Source of the DNA: Carcharhinus longimanus
Lineage: Eukaryota
Direction: 5' to 3'
Assembly (NCBI GenBank): GCA_030264375.1
Contig: JASCQW010000027.1
Coordinates: 75,448,324 to 75,512,323 of the forward strand
DNA: 64,000 nt
Part shown: one piece after another, positions 37,989 to 49,600 of the stretch
Layout: each line of letters opens with the position of its first letter
Position numbering within the stretch: the first letter of the stretch is position 1
Notes under the pieces: model-generated
What the model was told of the DNA's origin: nothing
The model's database searches: none
Seen by the model: the letters and a program-made list of their open reading frames with translations, nothing else
Position numbers and translations under genes: made by a program

Positions 37989-39719
37989 GTGAGTTGTCAC
38001 TTTGAATAAAACTGGAGGACAGCAGCAGAGATCTGAACTCTTTTAAAAATGCAGTTATATTTAAATAAAGGATGAAAATTACAATCTGAAATTTTCAGAT
38101 AGGCTGACAACTTTCACATCTCCTGTGCTTACATGTCAAGTAGTAAAAAAAATCAAGATTTACAACACGGTGACATAACCAAGGGGGTTCAAATACATCA
38201 AAAATTCTCTCTGACAAGATGCCTTATTGATATATTTTAATTCCCTCCTTCGAACTGCTTTTTAAATGGTTCTGTACAGTTTCATTGAATTCTGGTGTCA
38301 ATGCAGAATTTCCGTGTATTCTAATGCAGTGGAAAAGGATGGTGTTACTGAGTATCAGTTGCAAGTATTTTGTGGCACATAATTGGAAGTATACTGATCA
38401 CCTGACTGTTAGGAGGATACTACAAGGTTCTTAACAGCTGTGGCAGTCATTTGGTTGACTATATTTTGTGACTCCATAATGGTGTAATCTGGTGCAAATC
38501 TGACTAAAGTCCAAACTTCAAATGAATTCAGGAGTACGTGTGCGTTAATGCTCGTTACTTGCAGATTTACTTTACTCGAAGATGATGTCAGCAATTTGTG
38601 GGTGACCTTCAAGAATGGTTTCACATTTCATTGAAGATCTTTCTTATAACTGTAGAAGACGAGGGAAGGAATAGCACCGGATACATAGCTTGTAATCTGG
38701 ATTTTCTACCTTAGACCTTTGTACTTGAGCTTTAATTCTTTGTAAACCTGACATAAATCTGAGTGGCAGTAGAGCAACACGAACTTGAATCTGTAGGGTT
38801 GCTGTGGCTTAGTCCTGTTAATGCTACACAGGTTATTGCATTGTTCTGGTACAATTCTGTATAAATTATTTCCGATTTGAAAGTGAGGGACAAAAAAACA
38901 GGGAACTCTTTCCAGTAATTTGGCAGCAAAGTGAAGTCTTGTTTTCATTGTTCCAGTTTGCAGGTGTGACAGAATATGGAAAGAAACAGTCACCTGTAAC
39001 TAAAATTACTCAGGAATTAGGGTAAAATGCCCTGGAACTATTTAGAATAGCGCACAGCTTGATGCTGGCTATTTAAATGAAGAGTGGAATCAAACAACAG
39101 AAAAGATTTTAAACTGTTCTGATTCCAATTAAAATCTAATGTATTGGTGTGGACTCGATGGGCTGAGGGGCCTGTTGTGTGCTGCCTGATCCTATGATTC
39201 AACAATTTGCTCATACAGTTTCAGATATTTGAAAAAGATTCTAATTTCCCAAGAAATACCTCTGCAGCAGTAACTGTCTAGTCTTTGAGCTGCTCTGATG
39301 CAGACTTTTTTGTTGAGTGTTATATACTTAGCATTTTAAGTGATGTGGGGTTGCAGTGAGCTCACAGTGTATTCAGGAAAGCAGAATAGTCATGATGGGA
39401 AAAAAAACAGCCGGTCAGGTAAAGCCTTCATACTATCTGGACACCAGCTGCATCTGGCCCAGTGCTTATATAGTTAAGGGGAGACTTACAAAGTCATAGA
39501 GTCACAGAGTTTTACAGCATGGAAACAGGCCCTTCGGCCCAACTTGTCCATGCCACCTTTTTTTTAAACCATGAAGCTAGTCGAGCTGAAATAGATACAA
39601 AAGAAAAGAAGACATGGTCTTTAAAACATCGAGAACCGTAGATATTATCAGGCTTTTTAACAGCAATGTTAAAATGCAAAATTATGGATGATGTACTCTA
39701 ACAAAGCAAGACTGTAAGT

Positions 39720-40200
39720 TTGATTTATTTCTCCACAAGGCATTGAATGATAAAAGCACTTAAATGGTTAGCAAATTGGGCAGAAAGATGGCAGATGCCT
39801 TTCAATACAAAAAAATGTGAAGTGTTGCATTTTTGGATATCTTAATCTGAAATTTCATAATGAAGTGAAGGAACAGTGAAAACTAGACATGAAGTTAGAC
39901 AGATCTTTAAAGCTGGGAATGCAGAAAGAAAAGGTAACAGATTGAAAACTGGGATTTTGGATTTTTGAACACATTGGCAAGGAGGAACTGTTCAATTTCT
40001 ATCAGAAAAGGATTAGGCTGAAGCTGCAAAGTTCAAGGTGACCCTCTTATTAAAGAATATTGGAGTCACGGAAAAGATACAGCAACAATTTGCCAAATTA
40101 TTCTGAAAAGAATTTCAGAATAATAAAATTATTCTGAAAAGAAAGGTGAAAAGGACTTCAACCCTGCATCAAAGAAGAATCTTCAGGTCCTGTAAATATT
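39720..40200 (+). mobile_element. Decayed CR1 RT fragment
   Basis: Reads WAERWQMPFNTKKCEVLHF, a CR1 RT signature. Confidence 0.75.
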
Positions 40201-40652
40201 TTTTGAAATTATGTCAGTACCTAGAAATACAAGTTTCCACAACTGTTTGCAAGGGATGGTAAAAACTGATAGGATTCGCTGAAACCAGCAGTTAGGAAGA
40301 CATGTCGAAAGCACATCTTCCTGGAAGCCGGTTCTAATCAGTCCCTGCACCCTTGCGTTTGACTTGCCGACAGCTATGCAAGACCCACACTTTCAGGGAC
40401 TGATGCACTCGGATACACAAATCTAAGAGTGCTTTTAGGCATTTTTGATTGATTATCTTTTGAGGCCAAGGATTGTTTATGCAGAACGTTCCCGTTGATG
40501 ATTAAATAGGTGTGCTTGAGTACATAAGCAAGACTTTTCTTGAACTATGCTTTACATTGTTTCAAAAAATTTGACCCAGACTCAAAAGGCAGAGTTTAAT
40601 CGGCATTCTCTTCATTTCAAACCTTCAGGCAACACAAGTTGTTATATCAACA

Positions 40653-41030
40653 GGGGAATTGGTGGTGTAGTGGTAATGCCACTGGATTAGTAATCCAGAG
40701 GGCCAGGCTAATGTTCTGGAGACATAGGTTCATGGCAGCTATTGGAACTTGGATTCACTTAATAAACTTGGAATAGAAACCCNNNNNNNNNNNNNNNNNN
40801 NNNNNNNNNNNNNNNNNNNNNNNNNNNNNNNNNNNNNNNNNNNNNNNNNNNNNNNNNNNNNNNNNNNNNNNNNNNNNNNNNNTTAATAAACTTGGAATAG
40901 AAACCCAGTCTCTGTAAAGGTGACCATGAAAATCTAGCTGGTTTGCAAATGTCCTTTAGGGAAGTAAATCTGTCTTCCTTATCCAGCCTGGCATATGTGT
41001 GACTCCAAATACATAGCAATGTAGTTAAAA
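40653..41030 (+). mobile_element. tRNA-derived SINE, third family
   Basis: Head ggtggtgtagtggtaatgccactggattagtaatccagag, core gtcctttagggaagtaaatctg. Confidence 0.8.
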
Positions 41031-42899
41031 GAATGAAAGAATAAAAAAAAATGTCTGCAAGAAATATATAAAAAGGATATGAGCCTGTTATACAGCTGGA
41101 TCTTTTCACCCTTGCTGGACCTGGCCAAGATAGACAACTTCTGTTATTTAGGAGTTACAGGTATGAACCCTGGTTCTACAGCACGAGTTTCCAATTCAAA
41201 TTAGTCCAGCATGGTGGGGGCTCACAGGGAGGTGCTGGGATACTTGCCCCTCAGAGATGTGCCACCACACCTCATTAATTGTAAAAGTCTGCAAAAAAAT
41301 TGATGAGGAACTATTCACACTGTGACAGAAAATCTGTAACCTCCCATGAAGTCCAACAGAGAAGAGCTTTTCGTACTGCCAGCTCCTGGCCAGTCTGCAT
41401 TCAGACTCATTCCTGATTCTACCAGGACAGAAGTTCAGTCACCATTTTCCAGATTTCGTTTGGGTGCGTCTGTCTGCATGTCTGGGTACGTGTCTCTACG
41501 TTTCTCTGTGTTTCTATTGTTTGTGGTTGAAACTAATGATGAAAAAATGATTTTGGGGGCAGTCAGAACCTGTCGTATGTATCCATTTCTGTTGGACGCA
41601 GCAAACACAGCTGCAGTGTCCCAGACAAGTGGTGGTGTCATTTGAATTCAGTTTACCTCAATGTATGAAGGAAGTGCCATTTTGTGTTTGTAGGATTGAA
41701 CTTTCACCTACATTTAGAGCATCCTGGGCTGTGAGTGTTTGCTTTGGAACAATGCCATACCATAGACAAGTGATGTGCAAGAAATCAAGTTACCAAAAAG
41801 CTATCTTTGACCTGCAGGATGGTCAGTTCTGGTTTTGAAACTTTCAACACCAGGACAATATTGCAGAATTATATTTCCTTTCAATATCTGTGTCGGAAAC
41901 AAGTTCTGAATTCAGAGTTGGCTTGTAAGTGGGGCCTCTCAGACAGGGGAGACTGGAAGATGAGATTTCAAGGCATGAAGGAAACTGCTAAAGAACCACT
42001 GTACAACAGCCAAACAAACTGAATGCACTCTTTATCAGGAAATTACTTTTTAGCGTGAACCACAACTATACCACAGTATGAGAAGGTTAAGCAGTATAGC
42101 TTCAGTTATTTCTTTGTTGAAGGTAATTAAACTGATATTGTCATTTATTTGCAGTACACACTCCTGCTGAATTGTGGAAACTGGTTTTCATTATTTCCCA
42201 TCACTACTAGACTGTACACATGTTAATTGCTTAATTAAGTTTAATATAGGAAGTAGGCAAAAATGCAGAGGTTTACACCTGAGATAACCTAGAGCCATCA
42301 CTAGATTATTGTGAAATATTTTGCTGAACTCACATGAGAGAGGTGTGATTATCCATGAACACAGGCTTCTTCTTGTTATTAACTTTATTGGATAAGTATG
42401 AATCTTTCTCTAATATTACTCCTATCTTCTTTAACATGTTCTTTGAGCTCACCTGAAATTGGAGACCCACCAATGGCTTCCTTGACCCTATTGTCCTTAA
42501 ACTAATGGCTATCCAATTTTCTAACGTCTTGATAGCTGCAATTGTAGATTATTCTTATGCCTCAGGAAACACAGAAAATAGGAGCAGGAGGAGGCCATTT
42601 GGCCCTTCCAGCCTGCTCCACCATTCATTACAATCATGGCTGATCATCCAACTCAATAGTCTAATCCTGCTTTCTTCCCATAACCTTTGATCCCATTTGC
42701 TCCAAGTGTTGTACTCTTGCTTTTCCAAGGTTAAGTTGTTAAAATCTCCCACAGCAAAATTACCATGGACCTACTGCCTTTGAAACTTAAATAATTTTTC
42801 TTTCCAACATCCTTTAATATGTTGCTTCCCTCCTTATCTCTGCTTCTTTCCCACAACCTTTGCTTTAAATCTCTCAAATCTGGTTTACATCCTTACTGC

Positions 42900-44290
42900 A
42901 ACAACCCTTACCAATGTCATAAATTAGAAATGTTGTGACTGTGACAATGGTGCACTAACTTCTTCTTCCTCCTTGACATCTTCAACCCCACAGCAGCCTT
43001 CGACATGGTTGACCACACCATCCTCCACCAATGGCTTTCCTCTGTTGTCCAGCTGAGTGGGATTGCCCTCAGTTAACATTTTTACCTGTCTGATTGTGGC
43101 AAAAGCATATTACATAATTGCTTCTCTTCTCAATGGCAATAATCCCGGAATGACCCAGCAATCTGACCTTGGTCCCTCCAGTTCCTCATCTACATATTAG
43201 CAGCTGGATGCACAGACTTGAGACTTAACACTTGATACACAGATATAAAACCAAATATGCTACGAATGGTGGAAATCAGAAATAAAAACCGAAAAGGGTG
43301 ATGACCTTTCATTCGAACTGAGAATCGTTCTGATACACTAACGACACTGAGCTCTACCACTCACAAGTTATTAGACTGTTTGTTCAACGCTGAAGCCAGA
43401 ATATTCCTGTTGAAGGCAGGATGAGAGAATGTGGACTTGTCAGGTCATCACAGTTTTGCCCACTGTCCCCACAATGCCACAAGATGGAATTTTCATCTCT
43501 TGGAGGACAAGACAGCCTTGAGTCGGGTCTGCTGAAGGAGGTGGACATGAAGGTGGAGTCAGAAGCAGGCCAATGCATAAGTGGCCAGGTTCAAAGGCCC
43601 GCCTCTGCTTCTAGAGACATTGGACCAGTTCTTCAGTTCAGTGTAAAGCTCCCGTCACCATGATCCTTTAACACCACTTGAACACTCACACCCCCCTCAC
43701 CCTGCCTTCTTCACCGCCTTACTCCCGTTGGACTCTACCCCCCTTCCATTCATCAATTCCCCACCCCTTCCCCTTCATGCACCCTAACCCCACCAAACTT
43801 GACCAAGCTCACCCTCCCAGCTTGCTGGTCTAGCTTGGTTCTCACAATGTCTAGAGTTTAAAGTTTTAATTTTCATCTTTAAATCTCTTCATGGTCTTGC
43901 CCCCTCCCAATCTCTGGCACAGCATTATAGCTTTCCTTCTGAACATCTGTTCTGTCAACTCAGATCTCTACAGCAACCCCCTCTCATTGCCCCATCACTG
44001 GCAGTTATATTTTTGACTGCCTCAGCCCCATGCTGTGGAATTTGTATCTAAGCTCCTCTATCTTTCCATTACCTCTTCCTACTTTTTCTTCAAGACTGCC
44101 CCCTCCACCACCCTCTCCCCCTTAAAGCCCTCCGCTTTGGTCAAGCTTTTAACCACCCTTTGTTATTTAATATTAATTTGAAGATAAGGTTGCTTCAGTA
44201 TTCATTTATTTTTGATTATGCCTGTAGGCATAATTAATCTTGGGAATTTTTGGTGGTGAAAGGCATTATATAAAAGCAAGTAGTTGTTAA
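42900..44290 (+). mobile_element. L2 LINE RT and 3' fragments, interrupted by other insertions
   Basis: AAFDMVDHTILH motif at about 42994; L2-like 3' part at 43850-44290 (ttcatctttaaatctcttcatggtcttgcccc...tataaaagcaagtagttgtt). Confidence 0.7.
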
Positions 44291-44476
44291 AGTACACAGT
44301 AGTAAACCAGTGACGCTTTTACTGAATTACCAACATCAAGAACTGCACTTCCTGTACTATGTAATGAAAGCAAATTTAATCGTCAATTGAAAGAAGCAAT
44401 CTCACTAAAAGAGTGAGAAGGCAGATTAGGAGAAACTTCTTTACACTGGATTGTTCGAGCATGGAATGCTTTTTCA

Positions 44477-45296
44477 CAGTAAGAAGTCTCACAACATCAG
44501 GTTAAAGTCCAACAGGTTTATTTGGTAGCAAACACCATTAGCTTTCAGAATGCTGCTCCTTCGTTAGGTGAGTGTGAGTTCTGTTCACAAACAGGGCACA
44601 TAAAAACACAAACTCAATTTACAGAATACTGATTGAAATGCAAGTTTTTACAGCTAATCAAGTTAGAGAGAGTGTTAAACACAGATTAAAGAGATGTGTA
44701 TTGTCGCTAGACAGGACAGTTAGTGAGATCTTGCAAGTCCAACCAAGTCGTGGGGGTTACAGATAGTGCGACATGAATCCAGGATCCTGGTTGAGGCCGT
44801 CCTCATGTGTGCAGAACTTGGCTATCAGTCTCTGCTCAGTGACTCTGCGCTGTCGTGTGCCATGAAAGCCGCCTTGGAGAACGCTTCCCGACGATCAGAG
44901 GCTGNNNNNNNNNNNNNNNNNNNNNNNNNNNNNNNNNNNNNNNNNNNNNNNNNNNNNNNNNNNNNNNNNNNNNNNNNNNNNNNNNNNNNNNNNNNNNNNN
45001 NNNNNNNNNNNNNNNNNNNNNNNNNNNNNNNNNNNNNNNNNNNNNNNNNNNNNNNNNNNNNNNNNNNNNNNNNNNNNNNNNNNNNNNNNNNNNNNNNNNN
45101 NNNNNNNNNNNNNNNNNNNNNNNNNNNNNNNNNNNNNNNNNNNNNNNNNNNNNNNNNNNNNNNNNNNNNNNNNNNNNNNNNNNNNNNNNTCTGAAAGCTA
45201 GTGGCGTTTGCTACCAAATAAACGTGTTGGACTTTAACCTGGTGTTGTGAGACTTCTTACTGTGTTACCCCAATCCAATGCCGGCATCTCTACATC
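44477..45296 (-). mobile_element. Penelope-like retroelement with inverted terminal repeats, inserted into a CR1 fragment
   Basis: 44477-44548 is inverted at 45191-45262. A 14-bp duplication flanks it (atgctttttcacag / atgctatttcacag). The terminal repeat contains a hammerhead-like core. Confidence 0.75.
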
Positions 45297-46121
45297 ATGC
45301 TATTTCACAGCAGGGATTGAGATAGAAAGCATTGGCAAAACATTTGATACAAAGGAAGATAAAAGATGTGAAGAGGTAGCAGGAAAGCTGGCTTCAATTT
45401 GAATCACTCTGGCAAAAAATCAGCAGGGACGCAATAAGCCTAAGGTTTCCATCTATGCTGTAAAATGTTATAGTTTTATATATGTAAGGGAAATTAACAA
45501 AAAAGGGTGGAATCTTACGGCCTTGCTGTCCCAAAACCATAAAATCCCACCCTAGGTCAATGGACCTTCCTATTACCCACCCCACACCCACTCCGATTCC
45601 TGTAGCAGGCGGTGTGATAAAATTCTGGCCATAGACTAATGCTACACTTTAGAGGTTATCATCACTGAACTGGATTTTACCAGCCCTTTAGAGATATGCT
45701 AGGAGGCAGGAGGCTGTTAAGCTAGCGCGGGAAAGTATCAGGTGGTATGCCTGACAACTTCCCACCACCGTGCCATTTTGCCAATAAGGGAAAAGATGGC
45801 AGATGACCCACTGCCTGGAGCCCAACTGAGCGACTTAAGTGGCTAATTAAGCGCCTCTTCCCATTTTCTTTTTAACAGTGGTGGGGGAACCATCCATGTC
45901 CCCCTCTACTTGTCTCACCCTGTGAAGAGACAACTCTGGGATGCTTCCAGTGGGTTTGGTAGGGGCTTCCTTTGGGCACTCTCTGGACCACGCTGCAGCC
46001 CGCGGTGACAATGCATGACAATAGTGTCATTTGAGCACCCCCCTCCTCCATGGTCTACCTGCCTAGTTCCGGCATCCTCACTTACCTGCCCTCAAGGGCG
46101 CATGGCCAACAATACACGGAC

Positions 46122-46440
46122 AACGTGGTGACACAGTGATTAGCAGTGCTGGCTCACAGCACCAGGATCCCGGGTTCAATTCCTGGCTTGGGTCACTGTT
46201 CCATGTGGAGTTTGCACATTCTCCCCGTGTCTGTGTGGGCTTCCTCCGGGTGCTCCGGTATCCTCCAACAGTCCAAAGATGTGCAGATTAGGTGGATTGG
46301 CCACGGTAAATTGTCCCTTAGTGTCAGGCGGGCTAATTAAAGTAATTGTGTGGGCTTATGGAAATAGGGCCTGGGTGGTTGGTGCAGACTCGATGGGCTG
46401 AATGGCCTCCTTCTGCACTGTGTGATTCAATGATTCTAAT
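46122..46440 (+). mobile_element. HE1/V-SINE, full length, nested in a TIR element (about 45670-46655)
   Basis: tRNA-like head (ccgggttcaattcc), V-domain, and CR1-type tail gatgggctgaatggcctccttctgcactg...gattct. Confidence 0.88.
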
Positions 46441-48239
46441 GCACTCTCCTCCACCAGGTGCAACCCCAGCAATGACCACTGTGAGCAGTGGCAATGCTGA
46501 GATTCCTGAGCTGCCAGCTATCTGATTGGGCCACCATCCTTAATTGGGTGCTGCCAACAAAATACAATTCAAGGCCCAGCTGTTTCCTGAAGTGGGGTTA
46601 CCTCCCACTTTCGACCTGGCAGTGTGGCTTCTGCCACCTCTGCAGAATTCTGGCCACTGTTCATTTTTGTTAATTTAGTTTACACCTCTCCCTCAAAAGT
46701 AAACAATTTAAAATTCATTGTTTAAATGTAGCTGCATCTAATGCTATTGCCACTTCAAAATACTACTCTTTTTGCAAGCGCTCTTGTTAAGATTGTTACA
46801 ATTAGTGACAAGTCTTTACGTAGCATTTGGTACATAGTTTTGTGAGCAGCAAACAAGTTATAGATGGTTAGTGAAAATCATGTTGTGTTTCCTCTTTGCT
46901 GACTTGGGCCTATGCTGCAAGCACTCCTTTCATTGGCTCTTAAACTTGTGAAGGATTACACCCACGCCTTGCTCTAGACACAAATATTGGTCATGACCCT
47001 TTAAAGTGCTTATTTTCTATAGTCACTTGCTGCATACCAACAATTTTATTCTGTTTACAGATGTTTGTCATAAAACTGGATAATTAGAATTCCCTTTGAA
47101 AGAACAACATGACCCTAACTATACTAAAGGATGAATTAATCTTAATTTATTATTATTGAAATGATCGTTTCTGTCTAATTGAAGAAAAGAACTCATTTCA
47201 AAAATGCAGGTAAATTATCTCTGTTTGTGAAGGCTAGGGTGACTCCATTAACCTCTTCTTGAGGTACCAATGATATGGTTTTATTACGTCATATCCCTAT
47301 GCAGAAAGAAATTATGTCCTGACAACATAAAACCTTTCAGTATTTTTAGTAACGTTTGAAAGTTATTTTTAATTATCATAGCATTGTAAGAGCATTCACT
47401 TGTCATTATTTCTGAATTTATTCTCTTTTCATTGCACTGAGTTCCAACAAAACCAGTTGAAATTGTGTCAGTTAACATCTTCCAGGGACCTGGGTATATG
47501 TATGTTTAGCGATAGTATTAAGAGTTAAAAGGTTAAGTATAGATAAGTTTGATTGAGCGCTTTGTGAAACATGAGACTCCCTTAGGTGCTGAGATCATAA
47601 ATATGTAATGACAGGGAAGGCAAGTAGTTAGGATGTAAGGTTAGCTAGACTGCCTGCATTAGCACTTGACATATCTTTAGAGATGCACAAGAAATTTCAC
47701 AGAACATTTTATCGGGAGATTAAATTAGCTTGTTAAATTCATGTAACAGTAGATTATATATGACTTGTGAAAGCATATGATGCAGTAGGGACAACCATTC
47801 TTATTTCTAGTTTTCTCATATCCGTCGTCACCAGTTAAAAAAAGTAGCTGCAAAGGCTCTGAAATTGACGAAAATAACTCATGTATCATGATGTATTAGA
47901 CAATGTAATAAGACAATGGGCAAGATATTCTGGCCACGCTGTTCCCAAGAAGAAAAATCCCGCCCAAAGTCAGTGGACCTTTGCATGGTCCTGTTTCATC
48001 CACCACAATGACATCAGAGTGTGAACCTCTGTGCAAGCTCTCTACAAAGGATGTTCAGCGGTCTTGGGCACAGAACAAGAAGCAGCTTTCACTCACATTG
48101 AAAAACCAATGACAACAACGCCAATGCTGAGGTACAATAATGTCAACAGCAAAAGTCACCCATAAGTGTGATACATGTAAAGCAGGACTTGGACCAGCCT
48201 CATGCAGCAAGCACAAGCAAAGCATTAATGGCAAGCTGA

Positions 48240-49600
48240 ATGACACTATGCCCAGCTTGAGAAATTGTGCCTGTGAGCATTTTAATCATTACATATTGGA
48301 GAGAAACAAAGTGATAGTAGAGTCTCACCACAAACCACTTAAAAGTAACTTTCTCAAATCACTTCTATTTTCTCCAGAGTGTCTGAAAAGGATAATACTT
48401 TGTTTGCAGAGACATCATTTGGAAGTGCGGCATGAACAAAAGAGAAAATGTATATTGCCAACATGCTGTTGAGAGCTGCACTCCCTTTGAAGGAAGTTGA
48501 TGACGTTCATGTAGAGCGTGAAATCTTTCAAATTTGGTGAGGAGCAACAGTATGACACACTCTGGAAGTCATCAACCCAGCAGAGACATTGAATGTAATA
48601 GAAAAGAGTATTGTCCAGATCAAGCAGACTACAAAATAAAATGCAACTCTCCAAATGCCCAGGAAGTATTGATGAAAGGATGACCAGATACCATCAAGGA
48701 CACATCTATTGCTATCAGATAGTATTGGGAACACAGAGCTGAAGTGGTTGCCCAAGATGGCATTTTGTACAAAGAAGTTAGAATTATTATCCCTAAGCAG
48801 ATGAGAAATGAGATGCTAACATGCACCCATGCAAACCATCAAGGAATTCAAAAATGAATTTCTTGATGGCCAAATATGAACAATTAGATTAGGAATCACA
48901 TCAGCCAGTGCAGTGCTTGTAATGAACAGCAAACTAAACAAGCTAAAGAGCCAGTCTTGATATCCCAGACGGACCATGGATGTATCTTGAATTAGACTTC
49001 TTCACTCTCTTCCTTACGTCTTGTCATTGTCAACTACTACTCAAACTATTGAGAGTTAGGCTGATTGAATGACTCTGAGAGTCATTCTTGAATGCTTGAA
49101 CGCACACTTCAATCATTATGGCATTCCTGACATTGTGATGAATGACAATGGCCCAGTTTCACAACTGATAAATTCAAACATTTCATGAAAGATTGGGAAT
49201 TTCAGCACTATAAATTGTCACCACACTACCCCAGTCAAATGTAAAGGTGAAAATTGCCAAAGGGATTATCAAAAAATCAAATAGACCCTACGTAGGTATC
49301 TACAAGGTAATCTTAGAACAGTGAAGCACATCTGCTGAAAGTATGGAAAGTAGTCCAGTCCAGCAACTAATTCATGCTTAGCTAAACTACATTTCAATAA
49401 CTAAAAAAACTACTGAAGTTCGATGTTGCAATAGAATTGAGTAACAAAATCAAAGTGAAACCATTGACAGCCGAATTTCACTTTGATAAAGCAACCAAAT
49501 CATTGCCAGAGTTGAAGAACTGATTGGAGTACAAATATTAAACACTATTAACAGAAGTCAGTCCACTAGTAACTTGGAACTGTGTAAATCACTTGATACC
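48240..49600 (+). mobile_element. Gypsy/Ty3 LTR retrotransposon pol remnant (RNase H C-terminus and integrase), frameshifted
   Basis: ACEHFNHYILERNKVIVESHHKPLK...LKRIILCLQRHHL (RNase H); QCSAC (integrase zinc finger); PWMYLELDFFT, YGIPDIVMNDNGP and SPHYP (integrase core). Confidence 0.88.

Noticed and set aside
37812-38009. 65-aa ORF as a stand-alone small protein
   Set aside because: It is the DNMT3A exon plus intronic read-through. Splice sites delimit 37842-37988.
46122-46200. tRNA gene candidates (A/B boxes) here and at other SINE heads
   Set aside because: They continue into SINE bodies and tails and show no complete cloverleaf.
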